Source of the DNA: Burkholderiales bacterium
GTDB lineage: Bacteria > Pseudomonadota > Gammaproteobacteria > Burkholderiales > SG8-39
NCBI GenBank assembly: GCA_035554435.1
Contig: DATMJC010000044.1
Span: forward strand, 30,624 to 94,623
Reading direction: 5' to 3'
Length of the DNA stretch: 64,000 nucleotides
The first letter of the stretch is position 1. Each line of letters starts with the position of its first letter. The notes under the pieces are model-generated. The model did not search any database. It was not told where the DNA came from and saw only the letters and a list, made by a program, of their open reading frames with translations. Below are positions 52,513-61,067 of the stretch, in pieces. The position numbers were made by a program, and so were the translations under genes.

Positions 52513-54681
52513 ATGGTCACTCGCTGGTGGGAGGCGTGGCTGCGGCTGCGCGAACGCGTGCACGCGCTCAAGCCCTGCCGGGTCGCGATCCTGCTGGTGC
52601 TCGCGGGGCTCGCGTTCCTGCTCCTCGCCTCGCAGGGCGAGGACGTGGCCCGCGCGCTCGCCGAGCGGCGCACCAACGACGCGATTTCCTCGCAGGCGTT
52701 CTGGTTCTTCGCGGCCGTCCTCGCCTGGTCGGTCTCGGCCTGGTACTGGGCGCGAACGATGCTCTCTCTGCGGCTCCCGGGGATGGAGGTCGCCAGGCAC
52801 GCGCACGGCGTGCGGATCTGGACCCCGCGGCTGCTCGGCTTCCTCGCCCCGCTCGGCGTGGCCGCGGCTTTCTACAAGGCCGCGGGCGGCTACGCGATCG
52901 ACGAGCACCAGGAGGTGAAGGAGCTCCTCCAGTTCTATGGCTTCTGGTGCGCCGCGGGCGCGGTCGCGTTCCTCGTCGCGGTTTCGGCGAGGCGCAGGGT
53001 CTCGCGCGCCGCCTACCGCATCGTCAAGCTCGAGTTCCTCAACCTGCCGCATGTCCACGAGCAGGACTCCGCCGCGCTCCGCCTGAGGGAGCTCGGCATG
53101 CTCACGCGCTCGATCCTCGTCGGCGCCATCCTCGCGTCGATTCTGCTCTTCGACCTCATGGTGTTCAGGGTGCAGGAGGTGGCGCCGGCCCTCGGCTCGG
53201 CAGCGATCGTGCTCCTCGCGGCGGCGGGCTGGATCGCGGTGGCGAGCGCTCTCGACTATCTCGGCATGCGCTTTCACCTGCCGGTCTTCTCCGCGCTCCT
53301 CGCGACCGCGGTCGTCTTCAGCCTGTGGAACGACAACCACGCCGTGCGCACGCTGCCCGAGGCGCAGCCCGCGCAGCGGCCGAACTTGCGCGCTAGCCTG
53401 CGCGCGTGGATCGCGCGCCACGACGCCGCGATCCAGAGCGGAGGGACAGTGCCGTTCTTCGTGGTGGACGCCGAGGGCGGCGGCATCCGCGCCGCCTACT
53501 GGACCGTCACGGTGCTCGGCGAAATCCAGAACCGCCACCCGTCCTTCGCGAGCCACGTGTTTTCGCTCAGCGGCGTCTCGGGCGGCAGCCTCGGCGCGAG
53601 CGTGTTCGTGGCGCTGCTCAACGAATCGCGCGAGAGCGCCGCGCCCTTCGACCTGAAAAAGAAGGGGCAGCAGATCCTCGGCGAAGACTTTCTCTCGCCG
53701 GCGGTGGCCGCCATCCTCTACCCCGACCTGGTGCAGCGCTTTCTTCCGCTGCCCGTTTCCATGTTCGACCGCGCCACCACGCTCGAGCAGTCCTGGGAGC
53801 GCGCATGGCACAAGCACGTCGGCGGGCGCAACCGCATGAGCGAGCCCTTCGACCGGCTCTGGGAGGGCCGCAGCGAGTGGACCCCGGCGCTCCTTCTCAA
53901 CGCCACCTGGGTGGAGACCGGCAAGCGGATCATCGCGAGCAACATGCGCGTCGCCGCCGGCAGGCGCCGCGAGGACTTCGTCGACGTCGAGGACGCGAAC
54001 GCCTTCTTTGCGCCGCGCTCGATTTCGCTCTCGAGCGCGGCGCACATGAGCGCGCGCTTCACCTACGTGAGCCCCGCCGGCAGCCTCGAGAAAGGCGGCC
54101 GCACCTACGGCCGCGTCGTCGACGGCGGCTACTTCGAGAACTCAGGCGCCACCACCACGCTCGCGATCCTGCAGACGATCGACCAGCTCGCCGAGACCGA
54201 CCCGCGCTGGAACCTGGTGGAGCGTTACGTCATCCACATCAGCAACGAGCCGATCGATCCCAGGTACGCGAACGACAGCCTCACCCTCGCGCCGGACAAC
54301 CCGAACATCCGCCCGCAGGATTTCCTCAACGAAGCGCTGTCGCCCCTCTCGGCGCTGCTGACCACGCGCAACGCCCGCGGCTACTACGCGCGGGAGAGCG
54401 CGGCGTGGGCGGTGGGCCATCCCAACTATCTGCACTTCGGCCTCTGCCGCCGCTCGGCGAACGTGCCGCTCGGGTGGGTGCTCTCGCGGGCCACGCGCCA
54501 GCGCATGGACGAGCAGCTCGCCAACGGCGCACCCTGCGGCGTCGACGGCACGGAAGCGGTGTTCAACAACCCGGCAAAGCTGGCGCAGATCGATGCGCTC
54601 TTTGCCGCGCCTTACCTCAACAACAAGGGGACCGAGGTCATCCCGGTGACCGCCCCCGCACCCGGGAAGTCCAGCCGCTGA
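52513..54681 (+). CDS. Membrane-anchored patatin-like phospholipase
   Basis: 722 aa. GGAAGGA precedes the ATG. About seven N-terminal helices, then oxyanion DAEGGGIRAAYW, nucleophile LSGVSGGSLGA and catalytic Asp VVDGGYFENSG. Confidence 0.8.
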   Translation: MVTRWWEAWLRLRERVHALKPCRVAILLVLAGLAFLLLASQGEDVARALAERRTNDAISSQAFWFFAAVLAWSVSAWYWARTMLSLRLPGMEVARHAHGVRIWTPRLLGFLAPLGVAAAFYKAAGGYAIDEHQEVKELLQFYGFWCAAGAVAFLVAVSARRRVSRAAYRIVKLEFLNLPHVHEQDSAALRLRELGMLTRSILVGAILASILLFDLMVFRVQEVAPALGSAAIVLLAAAGWIAVASALDYLGMRFHLPVFSALLATAVVFSLWNDNHAVRTLPEAQPAQRPNLRASLRAWIARHDAAIQSGGTVPFFVVDAEGGGIRAAYWTVTVLGEIQNRHPSFASHVFSLSGVSGGSLGASVFVALLNESRESAAPFDLKKKGQQILGEDFLSPAVAAILYPDLVQRFLPLPVSMFDRATTLEQSWERAWHKHVGGRNRMSEPFDRLWEGRSEWTPALLLNATWVETGKRIIASNMRVAAGRRREDFVDVEDANAFFAPRSISLSSAAHMSARFTYVSPAGSLEKGGRTYGRVVDGGYFENSGATTTLAILQTIDQLAETDPRWNLVERYVIHISNEPIDPRYANDSLTLAPDNPNIRPQDFLNEALSPLSALLTTRNARGYYARESAAWAVGHPNYLHFGLCRRSANVPLGWVLSRATRQRMDEQLANGAPCGVDGTEAVFNNPAKLAQIDALFAAPYLNNKGTEVIPVTAPAPGKSSR

Positions 54682-54835
54682 AGCCCTGATTGACCCCAAA
54701 AACGTCGGGCACCGGCGACAGGGCGGGTTTCGGAAGGCAAAACGTCTCGGTTTTGTTGCCTCGCCGTGAAAGATTGCGCGTCTTTCCCTTCGCGCGCGGT
54801 GCTAGCTTCCCATGCATAACGGAGGGAGGCCCCGC

Positions 54836-55063
54836 ATGTACGACACCAGCATTGTCCGAGTCGCGCGCGAGAACCCGTATATCCGACCGCTCGAGAACGC
54901 GAGGCGGGTGGCGGGCGGCGACGAGCAGCTCGCGGAAGCACTGCGCACATCCACCGAAGCGCTGTCGAAGTGGCTCTCCGGCGAGGCGACGCCGCCGATG
55001 CGCACCTACATGGCCGCGATCCACCTCGTTGGCCGCAGCAGCCTGAAGCGCCGCGCCGCGTAG
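54836..55063 (+). CDS. Small HTH-like protein (Cro/YdaS-like)
   Basis: ATG 6 nt after GGAGGGAGG (the track start 54812 is less likely). GGDEQLAEALRTSTEALSKWLSGEATPP resembles the N-terminal module of the 30333 GAF protein. Confidence 0.45.
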   Translation: MYDTSIVRVARENPYIRPLENARRVAGGDEQLAEALRTSTEALSKWLSGEATPPMRTYMAAIHLVGRSSLKRRAA

Positions 55064-55064
55064 C

Positions 55065-55132
55065 GCTGGGGTCGGACCCCGAATTCGGTTTTCGCGTCAG
55101 CGAAAAAGAATTCGGGGTCTGACCCCGATTTT
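55065..55132. repeat. Two family-1 elements (GCTGGGGTCGGACCCCGAATTC at 55065-55086; GAATTCGGGGTCTGACCCCGATTTT at 55108-55132)
   Basis: Read directly. The first begins 2 nt after stop 55061-55063. Confidence 0.9.
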
Positions 55133-55173
55133 CGTAATTTCCTTTCAGGCGCGATTCTTGATTGCGCCTTGCC

Positions 55174-56511
55174 ATGGCGACGCTCACGCATGGCAGCGCG
55201 ACGCACCCGGAGCGGCATGACGCGATGCGGCGGGTGCGGGCGATCGTAGCCGGCTCCTCCGGCAACCTCGTCGAGTGGTACGACTTCTACGTCTACTCCT
55301 TCACCGCGCTCTACTTCGCGGCCGAATTCTTTCCCAAGGGAAACCAGACCACCCAGCTCCTGCAGGCAGCGGGCGTGTTCGCCGCCGGCTTCTTCATGCG
55401 CCCGGTCGGGAGCTGGCTCTTCGGCTGGCTCGCCGACAAGCGCGGGCGGCGCTTCTCGATGATGGTCGCCGTGCTCATGATGTGCGGCGGCTCGCTCCTG
55501 GTCGCGGTGCTGCCGACCTACAGCCAGGTCGGGCTCCTCGCACCCGCGCTGCTCCTCGTCGCGCGGCTGATCCAGGGCCTCTCGGTCGGCGGCGAATACG
55601 GCACGGCGGCGACCTACATGTCCGAAGTCGCCGAGCACGGCCGCCGCGGCTTCTACTCGTCGTTCCAGTACGTGACCCTGATCGGCGGCCAGCTCGTCGC
55701 CACGCTGGTGCTCGTCGTCCTGCAGCAGTTCCTGAGCGACGCCGACCTGCGCGCCTGGGGCTGGCGCATCCCGTTCTTCATCGGCGCCATCGCCGCGGTG
55801 ATCGCCTTCTATCTTCGGCGCTCGCTCGCCGAGACCAGCTCCCGCGGCGCGCGCGAGCACAAGGAAGCGGGGAGCCTCCGCGGCATGCTGCGCTACCCGC
55901 GCTCGTTCTTCGTCGTCATGGGATTCACCGCCGCGGGCTCGCTCAGCTTCTACGCCTTCACCACCTACATGCAGAAGTACCTCGTGAACACCGCCGGGTT
56001 CGACGCGCGCCACGCGACCGAGATCATGACCGCGGCGCTCTTCTGCTTCATGGTGCTGCAGCCCGCGTTCGGCGCGCTCGCCGACCGCATCGGCCGGCGC
56101 ACCTCGATGCTCGTCTACTCGGTGCTGCTGATGCTCGTCACCGTTCCGGTCTTCACCGCGCTGGGCAACGTCAGCAACCCGGTACGCGCGTTCGCGCTCA
56201 TCATGGTGGCGCTCCTCTGCGTGAGCTTCTACACCTCGATCAGCGGCCTCATCAAGGCCGAGCTCTTCCCGATGCACGTGCGCGCGCTCGGGGTGGGGCT
56301 CTCCTACGCGCTCGCCAACGCGCTCTTCGGCGGCACCGCCGAATACGCCGCCCTGTGGTTCAAGTCCGTCGGCCACGAGAGCGTGTTCTTCTGGTACGTC
56401 GTCGGCATGGCCTGCGTCGCGTTCGTCGCGGTGCTCCTCATGCCCGACACCCGCAGCCGCGGCTATCTCACCGCCGACGAGGCGCGCCACCTCGAGGCCG
56501 AGCGGGCCTGA
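55174..56511 (+). CDS. MFS metabolite:H+ symporter (KgtP/ProP-like)
   Basis: [21 protein letters not shown] and [10 protein letters not shown]. 12 helices. ATG 55174 is preferred over the track's TTG at 55162. Confidence 0.85.
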   Translation: MATLTHGSATHPERHDAMRRVRAIVAGSSGNLVEWYDFYVYSFTALYFAAEFFPKGNQTTQLLQAAGVFAAGFFMRPVGSWLFGWLADKRGRRFSMMVAVLMMCGGSLLVAVLPTYSQVGLLAPALLLVARLIQGLSVGGEYGTAATYMSEVAEHGRRGFYSSFQYVTLIGGQLVATLVLVVLQQFLSDADLRAWGWRIPFFIGAIAAVIAFYLRRSLAETSSRGAREHKEAGSLRGMLRYPRSFFVVMGFTAAGSLSFYAFTTYMQKYLVNTAGFDARHATEIMTAALFCFMVLQPAFGALADRIGRRTSMLVYSVLLMLVTVPVFTALGNVSNPVRAFALIMVALLCVSFYTSISGLIKAELFPMHVRALGVGLSYALANALFGGTAEYAALWFKSVGHESVFFWYVVGMACVAFVAVLLMPDTRSRGYLTADEARHLEAERA

Positions 56512-56534
56512 ATTCGGGGTCAGAGCCAGAATTC
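56510..56534. repeat. Family-1 element, GAGCC variant (GAATTCGGGGTCAGAGCCAGAATTC)
   Basis: Read directly. It fills the 24-nt gap between convergent stops at 56511 and 56536. Confidence 0.8.
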
Positions 56535-56535
56535 T

Positions 56536-57045
56536 CTAGCGGCACGGCACCGCCACGTCCGGCTCGTCGGGCTCGCTGCGGTCGATGCAAAGCGGCTCGT
56601 GCAACGCACCTGCGTTTTTCTCCCATGCGACGCGCAGGTCGGAAGGTTCGACCGCAACGCTCAATCCCGAGCTCTCCCTCGCCACCGTAAGCTGCACGCG
56701 GCCGTCGAAGCGCGGCCCGCCCTGGCCAAAGGGATGGCATCCGTCGGACTGCCATTCGAGCGTGAACGGCGGGTCGGGCACCCGCGCGCCGGCGACGAGC
56801 GGGGCCCCGTTCACCCGCACCTCGCTATCCGCTCCGCAGCCCAATGCCGGGCGTGGATCGACCCAGTGGAGCGGCGGCATTGCCTCGAACTCCAGCGCAG
56901 GCAGGAGGAGCGCCTTGAGCAGGAGCCTGGACGCGTCCGGCCATATGTCCGAAGCGTCTGCAGCGCCCCCCTTTCCTATCGCGATGACGGCGCTGAACCC
57001 GAGTGCTGCAATGACATAGCTTGCGATGCGGATCTTGAGATCCAT
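56536..57045 (-). CDS. Hypothetical membrane-anchored/exported protein
   Basis: 169 aa. N-terminal helix IASYVIAALGFSAVIAI and four Cys. No family recognised. Confidence 0.45.
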   Translation of the reverse strand: MDLKIRIASYVIAALGFSAVIAIGKGGAADASDIWPDASRLLLKALLLPALEFEAMPPLHWVDPRPALGCGADSEVRVNGAPLVAGARVPDPPFTLEWQSDGCHPFGQGGPRFDGRVQLTVARESSGLSVAVEPSDLRVAWEKNAGALHEPLCIDRSEPDEPDVAVPCR

Positions 57046-57148
57046 CGTTCTCCTCCCTTGGCGAACGGTTGCGTAGCCGCGAACCGTAGCAACGAGCCGT
57101 TGCAGGCAAGCTTCGAACGCCCGCCTTTTTTGTATCGTCCGTTTCGCC

Positions 57149-57168
57149 TAGGGTCTGACCCCGATTTT
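57149..57168. repeat. Family-1 half/partial element (TAGGGTCTGACCCCGATTTT)
   Basis: Read directly. It abuts the MFS stop at 57169-57171. Confidence 0.7.
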
Positions 57169-58566
57169 CTATCCCCGCTCCCAGAGCTTGAGCCGCGGGA
57201 TCCGGCTCGCGGCGAACGCCGCAGCCGCCGCGACCGCGGCGAAGACGAGGAATCCGGTGTGGAAAGCGCTCGTGACCGAGCGGCCGTGCGCCGCCGCCGG
57301 CATCATCGCGAACGCCACCGCGCCGAAGAGCGCCGCGCCCGCGGCCCCGCCGGTGGAGCGGGCGAGCGCCATGAGGGCGGTCACCACGCCGAGCCTTTCG
57401 CGCCCCGCCACCGTCTGCATCGTCACCTGCGTGGTCGGCATGACGCAGCCGAAGCCCACGCCGGTGATGAACGCGAAGCACCCGATCAGCGCCGCGTCGG
57501 CCGGCACGAGCGCGAGCGCACAGAGCGCCGCGCTCGAAAGCGAGAGGCCGAAGATCGGGATCCAGTGCGGCCGACCGGTGCGCGCGAGGACGCGGCTCGA
57601 GCTCAGCGAGCCGATCACCATGCCCGCGGTCACCGGCAGGAGGAGGAGCCCCGAGGCCTGCGCCGACATCTCGTGACCGAGCTGCAGGTACACCGGGAGG
57701 AAGAACACCACCGAGAAAAGGCAGGACGCGAAGAGCGCGACGACCACTGCCGAGAGGAGCACCGTGCGCTCGCGCAGGAGCTCCACCGGCAGGAACGGCG
57801 CCGGGTGCAGGCGCTCCTGCCGCCACAAGAGCCCCAGCGCCACCGCGCCCGTCGTGAGGAGCGCAAGGCTCGGCGCCGAGGCCCACGCGAATCGATGGCC
57901 GCCCGACGTGAGCCAGAAGAGCGTGCTGAGCGCGCCCACCGCGAACAGCACGTGCCCCGGAAGGTCCGCCCCTCGCGCAGCGGGCGGATGCTTCTCCCCC
58001 TTCGGCAGCCGCGCGAGGCGCCACGCCGCCAACGCGGCGATCGGCAGGTTGGCGAAGAAGAGCCAGCGCCAGCTCGCGTTCGACACGACCAGGCCGCCCA
58101 CCACCGGGCCGGTGACGCTCGCGGCGGTGAAGACGAGCGCGAAGTAGCCCTGGAAGCGCGCCCGCTCGCGCGGCGGCACCAGCTCCGCGATGAGCGCCTG
58201 CGACAGCGTCATCAGCCCGCCGCCGCCCAGCCCCTGCAGGATGCGCGCGGCGACGAGCTGCGGCAGCGACTGCGCGAGCCCGCACGCAGCCGAGCCGAGC
58301 GTGAACACCCCGAGCGCCACGAGCAGCACGTCGCGCCGGCCCCTGCGATCGCCGAGCCGCCCGTACACCGGCACGATCGTCGCGGACGCGAGCAGGTACC
58401 CCACCGCGATCCACGACGTGTCGCGCAGGCCGCCGAGCGACGCTGCGATCGCCGGCGTCGCCGTCGCGAGCAGCGTCTGGTCGACCGCCGCCATGAACAT
58501 CGGCATGAACACCGCGCCGAAGAGGTTCAGGAACTCGGCGCGCGAGACGGTTTCGGAATTCTTCAT
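57169..58566 (-). CDS. MFS transporter, DHA2 (14-TMS drug:H+ antiporter)-like
   Basis: MAAVDQTLLATATPAIAASLGG and YGRLGDRRGRR. 465 aa. Confidence 0.85.
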   Translation of the reverse strand: MKNSETVSRAEFLNLFGAVFMPMFMAAVDQTLLATATPAIAASLGGLRDTSWIAVGYLLASATIVPVYGRLGDRRGRRDVLLVALGVFTLGSAACGLAQSLPQLVAARILQGLGGGGLMTLSQALIAELVPPRERARFQGYFALVFTAASVTGPVVGGLVVSNASWRWLFFANLPIAALAAWRLARLPKGEKHPPAARGADLPGHVLFAVGALSTLFWLTSGGHRFAWASAPSLALLTTGAVALGLLWRQERLHPAPFLPVELLRERTVLLSAVVVALFASCLFSVVFFLPVYLQLGHEMSAQASGLLLLPVTAGMVIGSLSSSRVLARTGRPHWIPIFGLSLSSAALCALALVPADAALIGCFAFITGVGFGCVMPTTQVTMQTVAGRERLGVVTALMALARSTGGAAGAALFGAVAFAMMPAAAHGRSVTSAFHTGFLVFAAVAAAAAFAASRIPRLKLWERG

Positions 58567-58697
58567 TTACCGGTAGACCGCAGCCGGCGGCAAGAGTTGA
58601 AGCGTCGAAGTATCCGGTAATTGGGCACACCGCTGTGGTGTGAATACGCACAGACACTCCCGGCCCGCCGCCGGCACAGTCTTGGGCCATCGACGCC

Positions 58698-59222
58698 ATG
58701 AACGGCATTCCCTCCGAGGCAGGGCGCTCGCCGGACATCGGAATCCGGCCCGGCGCGGAGCCATTGACGCTCGCCTGGGCCGACGGCCGCGAACGGCAGC
58801 AGGTGATCAGCCTCGCCGCCAGCGAGGGGCGCCAGACGATGAGTCTGCGCACCATGCCGCGCGCCAGGCTCGTCGTGCTGCGCCGGCCGCAGGGGGGATT
58901 CGCCGGATGGGCGGGCATGGATGCGGACTCCGATCCGAAGTGCCCCGAAGTGTTCTCTCAATACGTGTATCGCGAGTACCGCGGCCGCGGGCTCGGGGCA
59001 CTGCTCGAGCACGTCGGGTGGGCGTATCTCGACGGCCGCGGATGCAGGAAGGCCTACATGCGCATGGAACCGGACTGCAACGGGGAGCTTTTCAAGCGCG
59101 GGCGGGCGTCAGGCTACCGCCGGCACGTCTTTGTCGCCATCGACGTTCGAACGGCGCTCGCGGCCAGCATCGCGGCACGCGGACCGCTCGATATCGACGC
59201 CCTGCCAATGCGAGTCCTGTGA
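58698..59222 (+). CDS. GNAT-family N-acetyltransferase (tentative)
   Basis: YVYREYRGRGLGALLEHV resembles the acetyl-CoA-binding motif A. The N-terminal boundary is uncertain. Confidence 0.55.
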   Translation: MNGIPSEAGRSPDIGIRPGAEPLTLAWADGRERQQVISLAASEGRQTMSLRTMPRARLVVLRRPQGGFAGWAGMDADSDPKCPEVFSQYVYREYRGRGLGALLEHVGWAYLDGRGCRKAYMRMEPDCNGELFKRGRASGYRRHVFVAIDVRTALAASIAARGPLDIDALPMRVL

Positions 59223-59386
59223 TGAACCATCGAGGAGGAACTGTGTTCTATCAGATCGGAAAGGGGTTGTCGCGCGTGCGAGTGCGGGAAGCGTTGCGCA
59301 TGATGGGGTTGGACGCGGACGCTTGGACGTGGATGTACAACGCGCGCTCGGGGGTTCTTCGGGTCTTTTAGGTTCTTCGACGGCGC

Positions 59387-60091
59387 CTAGTGCCGGGGCA
59401 CCGCCTCGTGGGCGACGAACGCCATGACGGCGAGGAAGCCGGCCAGCGCCAGGTATTGAAACGCATACTCGCGCCTCACCGAAGGCGCGACCCTGTAGTA
59501 CGTCGATTCTGCGATCGAGCGCTCCTGAAACGCCTTCCACAGCTGCGGCAGGGCAAGCACCGCGACCAGGACCAGCATCGGGCTCGGAATCCAGAAGAAC
59601 AGCGCCACCAGGATCGGTACGCCGAAGAACCACAGGCGGGGCGAAACCACCGAGACGATGCGCCCGCCGTCCAGAGGCGAAAGCGGGATCAGGTTGAAGA
59701 GGTTAAGGACGAAGCCCGCATAGGCAAGCGCCATCAGCAGGTTGTTTCCCCATTCGCGGGCGAGGATGTAGCACGCGAACGCGGCCGCGCTGCCGAGCAT
59801 CGGGCCGGCGATGCCGACGAACGCCTCGGTCTCCGCGTCCATCGGCTGCTCCTTGAGCTCGATCCACGCCCCGACGAAGGGAATGAACGTGGGCAGCCCG
59901 ACGTCGAGCTCGCGTTTCCTCGCGGCTAGAAAGTGGCCCATCTCATGAACGAAGATCAGTCCGACGAATCCCGCCGCGTAGCGCCAGCCGTACACCAGCG
60001 CGTAGGCGAAGACCGAGAGCACCATCGAGCCGCCGGACAGCAGGAACTTGCCGAACTTGCCGGCGAAGAGAAGCGCCGCAAGGGTGCTCAC
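59387..60091 (-). CDS. Minimal M50/site-2-protease-family intramembrane metalloprotease
   Basis: GTG 60091 overlaps the upstream stop (GTGA). HEMGH and NLFNLIPLSPLDGG motifs. About six helices, with no PDZ or CBS domain. Confidence 0.75.
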   Translation of the reverse strand: MSTLAALLFAGKFGKFLLSGGSMVLSVFAYALVYGWRYAAGFVGLIFVHEMGHFLAARKRELDVGLPTFIPFVGAWIELKEQPMDAETEAFVGIAGPMLGSAAAFACYILAREWGNNLLMALAYAGFVLNLFNLIPLSPLDGGRIVSVVSPRLWFFGVPILVALFFWIPSPMLVLVAVLALPQLWKAFQERSIAESTYYRVAPSVRREYAFQYLALAGFLAVMAFVAHEAVPRH

Positions 60092-60348
60092 GCGTCCACT
60101 CCGCGCGCCTGCATGGCGCTCCGGTAGGCAGCGGCAACCTCTTTCGATTTGCGCTCGTCCGGCTGGTGTTGCCCCATCAGCGAGCGGTACGCCGCGCGGA
60201 TTTCCTCGATGCTCGCATCCGCGGGCACCTGCAGCGTGCGGTGCCACTCGGGCGCATCGGAGGCCGGCTTGTCGCCGAGGAGCTTGGCGACCACCCAGTA
60301 GCCGAGGAACAGGCCGAAGGCCACCACCAGAGCTTCTACGCCGGACAT
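60088..60348 (-). CDS. Single-pass membrane protein with degenerate J-like domain
   Basis: ATG after GGAGGAG. N-terminal helix ALVVAFGLFLGYWVVAKLL, then WHRTLQVPADASIEEIRAAYRSLMGQHQPD...AAAYRSAM. Confidence 0.5.
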   Translation of the reverse strand: MSGVEALVVAFGLFLGYWVVAKLLGDKPASDAPEWHRTLQVPADASIEEIRAAYRSLMGQHQPDERKSKEVAAAYRSAMQARGVDA

Positions 60349-61067
60349 GGCTTCTCCTCCGCCAGCCGGCGGCGCGATTCCTTCAGCAGCGCGCCGCGCT
60401 CCGAGCCTTCGTCCTCGGCATCGATCTGCTCGTCGAGCCGCGCGATGAGCTCGCCGCGCGTTGCGTCCCACTCCTCCGGGCGCTGGAGCTGCCGCGCCGC
60501 GAGCGCGAGATCGGCGTCGAGCGGCATCTCGACCGAAACCCGCCTCACCACGTTGACGGCGAACGGCGGGCACGCGACGAGCTCGAAGGCGAGGCTGCCG
60601 AGCTGCCTTGCGCTGAGGCCGAGCTCCTTCCGCTTCATCGCGAGCCACAGCAGCGCGCCGGCGATGCCGGCGTAGAGCAGCGCCACCGCCAGGAGCAACA
60701 CCCAGTCCCCCAGGAACGAAAAGAGCCCCAGAGGCAGGAGCACGAACAGCGCGCAGGCCATCGCCCACACGAGCGGCGCGACCGGCCGGAAGAGCTTCCT
60801 TCGCGCCTCCCACGTGTCCGGCGCGTCGGTGGCGCCCGGGCGCAAGTGCCACAGCAGGCGGAATCCGGGCCGGTGTGGAAGGAAGGGCGACGGCAGGTAG
60901 AGCTCCCGGCCCCGGAGGGTGACATGGCTGGAGCCGAAGCGAAGCCGCCACCCGCCGCGCCGCGGCGTGATCACGCCTTCGTTGATGTGAAGAAGCAGCG
61001 CCGAGTCGTAAAGGTAGAGGCCGAGCGCGAGCAGCATGAGGGCAACCTCGGCCTGCTGCAGGATCAC
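60336..61067 (-). CDS. Hypothetical polytopic membrane protein with acidic cytoplasmic tail
   Basis: GTG 61067 overlaps the upstream stop (GTGA). Helices LMLLALGLYLY and VWAMACALFVLLPLGLFSFLGDWVLLLAVALLYAGIAGALLWLA. Tail DEQIDAEDEGSE. Confidence 0.5.
   Translation of the reverse strand: MILQQAEVALMLLALGLYLYDSALLLHINEGVITPRRGGWRLRFGSSHVTLRGRELYLPSPFLPHRPGFRLLWHLRPGATDAPDTWEARRKLFRPVAPLVWAMACALFVLLPLGLFSFLGDWVLLLAVALLYAGIAGALLWLAMKRKELGLSARQLGSLAFELVACPPFAVNVVRRVSVEMPLDADLALAARQLQRPEEWDATRGELIARLDEQIDAEDEGSERGALLKESRRRLAEEKPCPA

Noticed and set aside
23152-57168. Could the recurring palindromes be a CRISPR array or transposon inverted repeats?
   Set aside because: The copies are scattered over 45 kb with irregular spacing and no array of similar-length spacers. 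There are no cas genes, no transposase or integrase between any pair, and no target-site duplications that I could see.
59222-59371. Small ORF after the GNAT gene (ATG 59222, or GTG 59243 after GAGGAGGA), encoding ...VFYQIGKGLSRVRVREALRMMGLDADAWTWMYNARSGVLRVF.
   Set aside because: It is 42-49 codons with no recognisable family, and the SD-to-start spacing is poor. Only sequence is available, so I cannot support it.
60088-60348. Calling the 86-aa protein a bona fide DnaJ/J-domain co-chaperone.
   Set aside because: The helix II/III pattern is J-like, but the catalytic HPD is H-Q-P-D and the domain is short. I report it only as J-like/degenerate.
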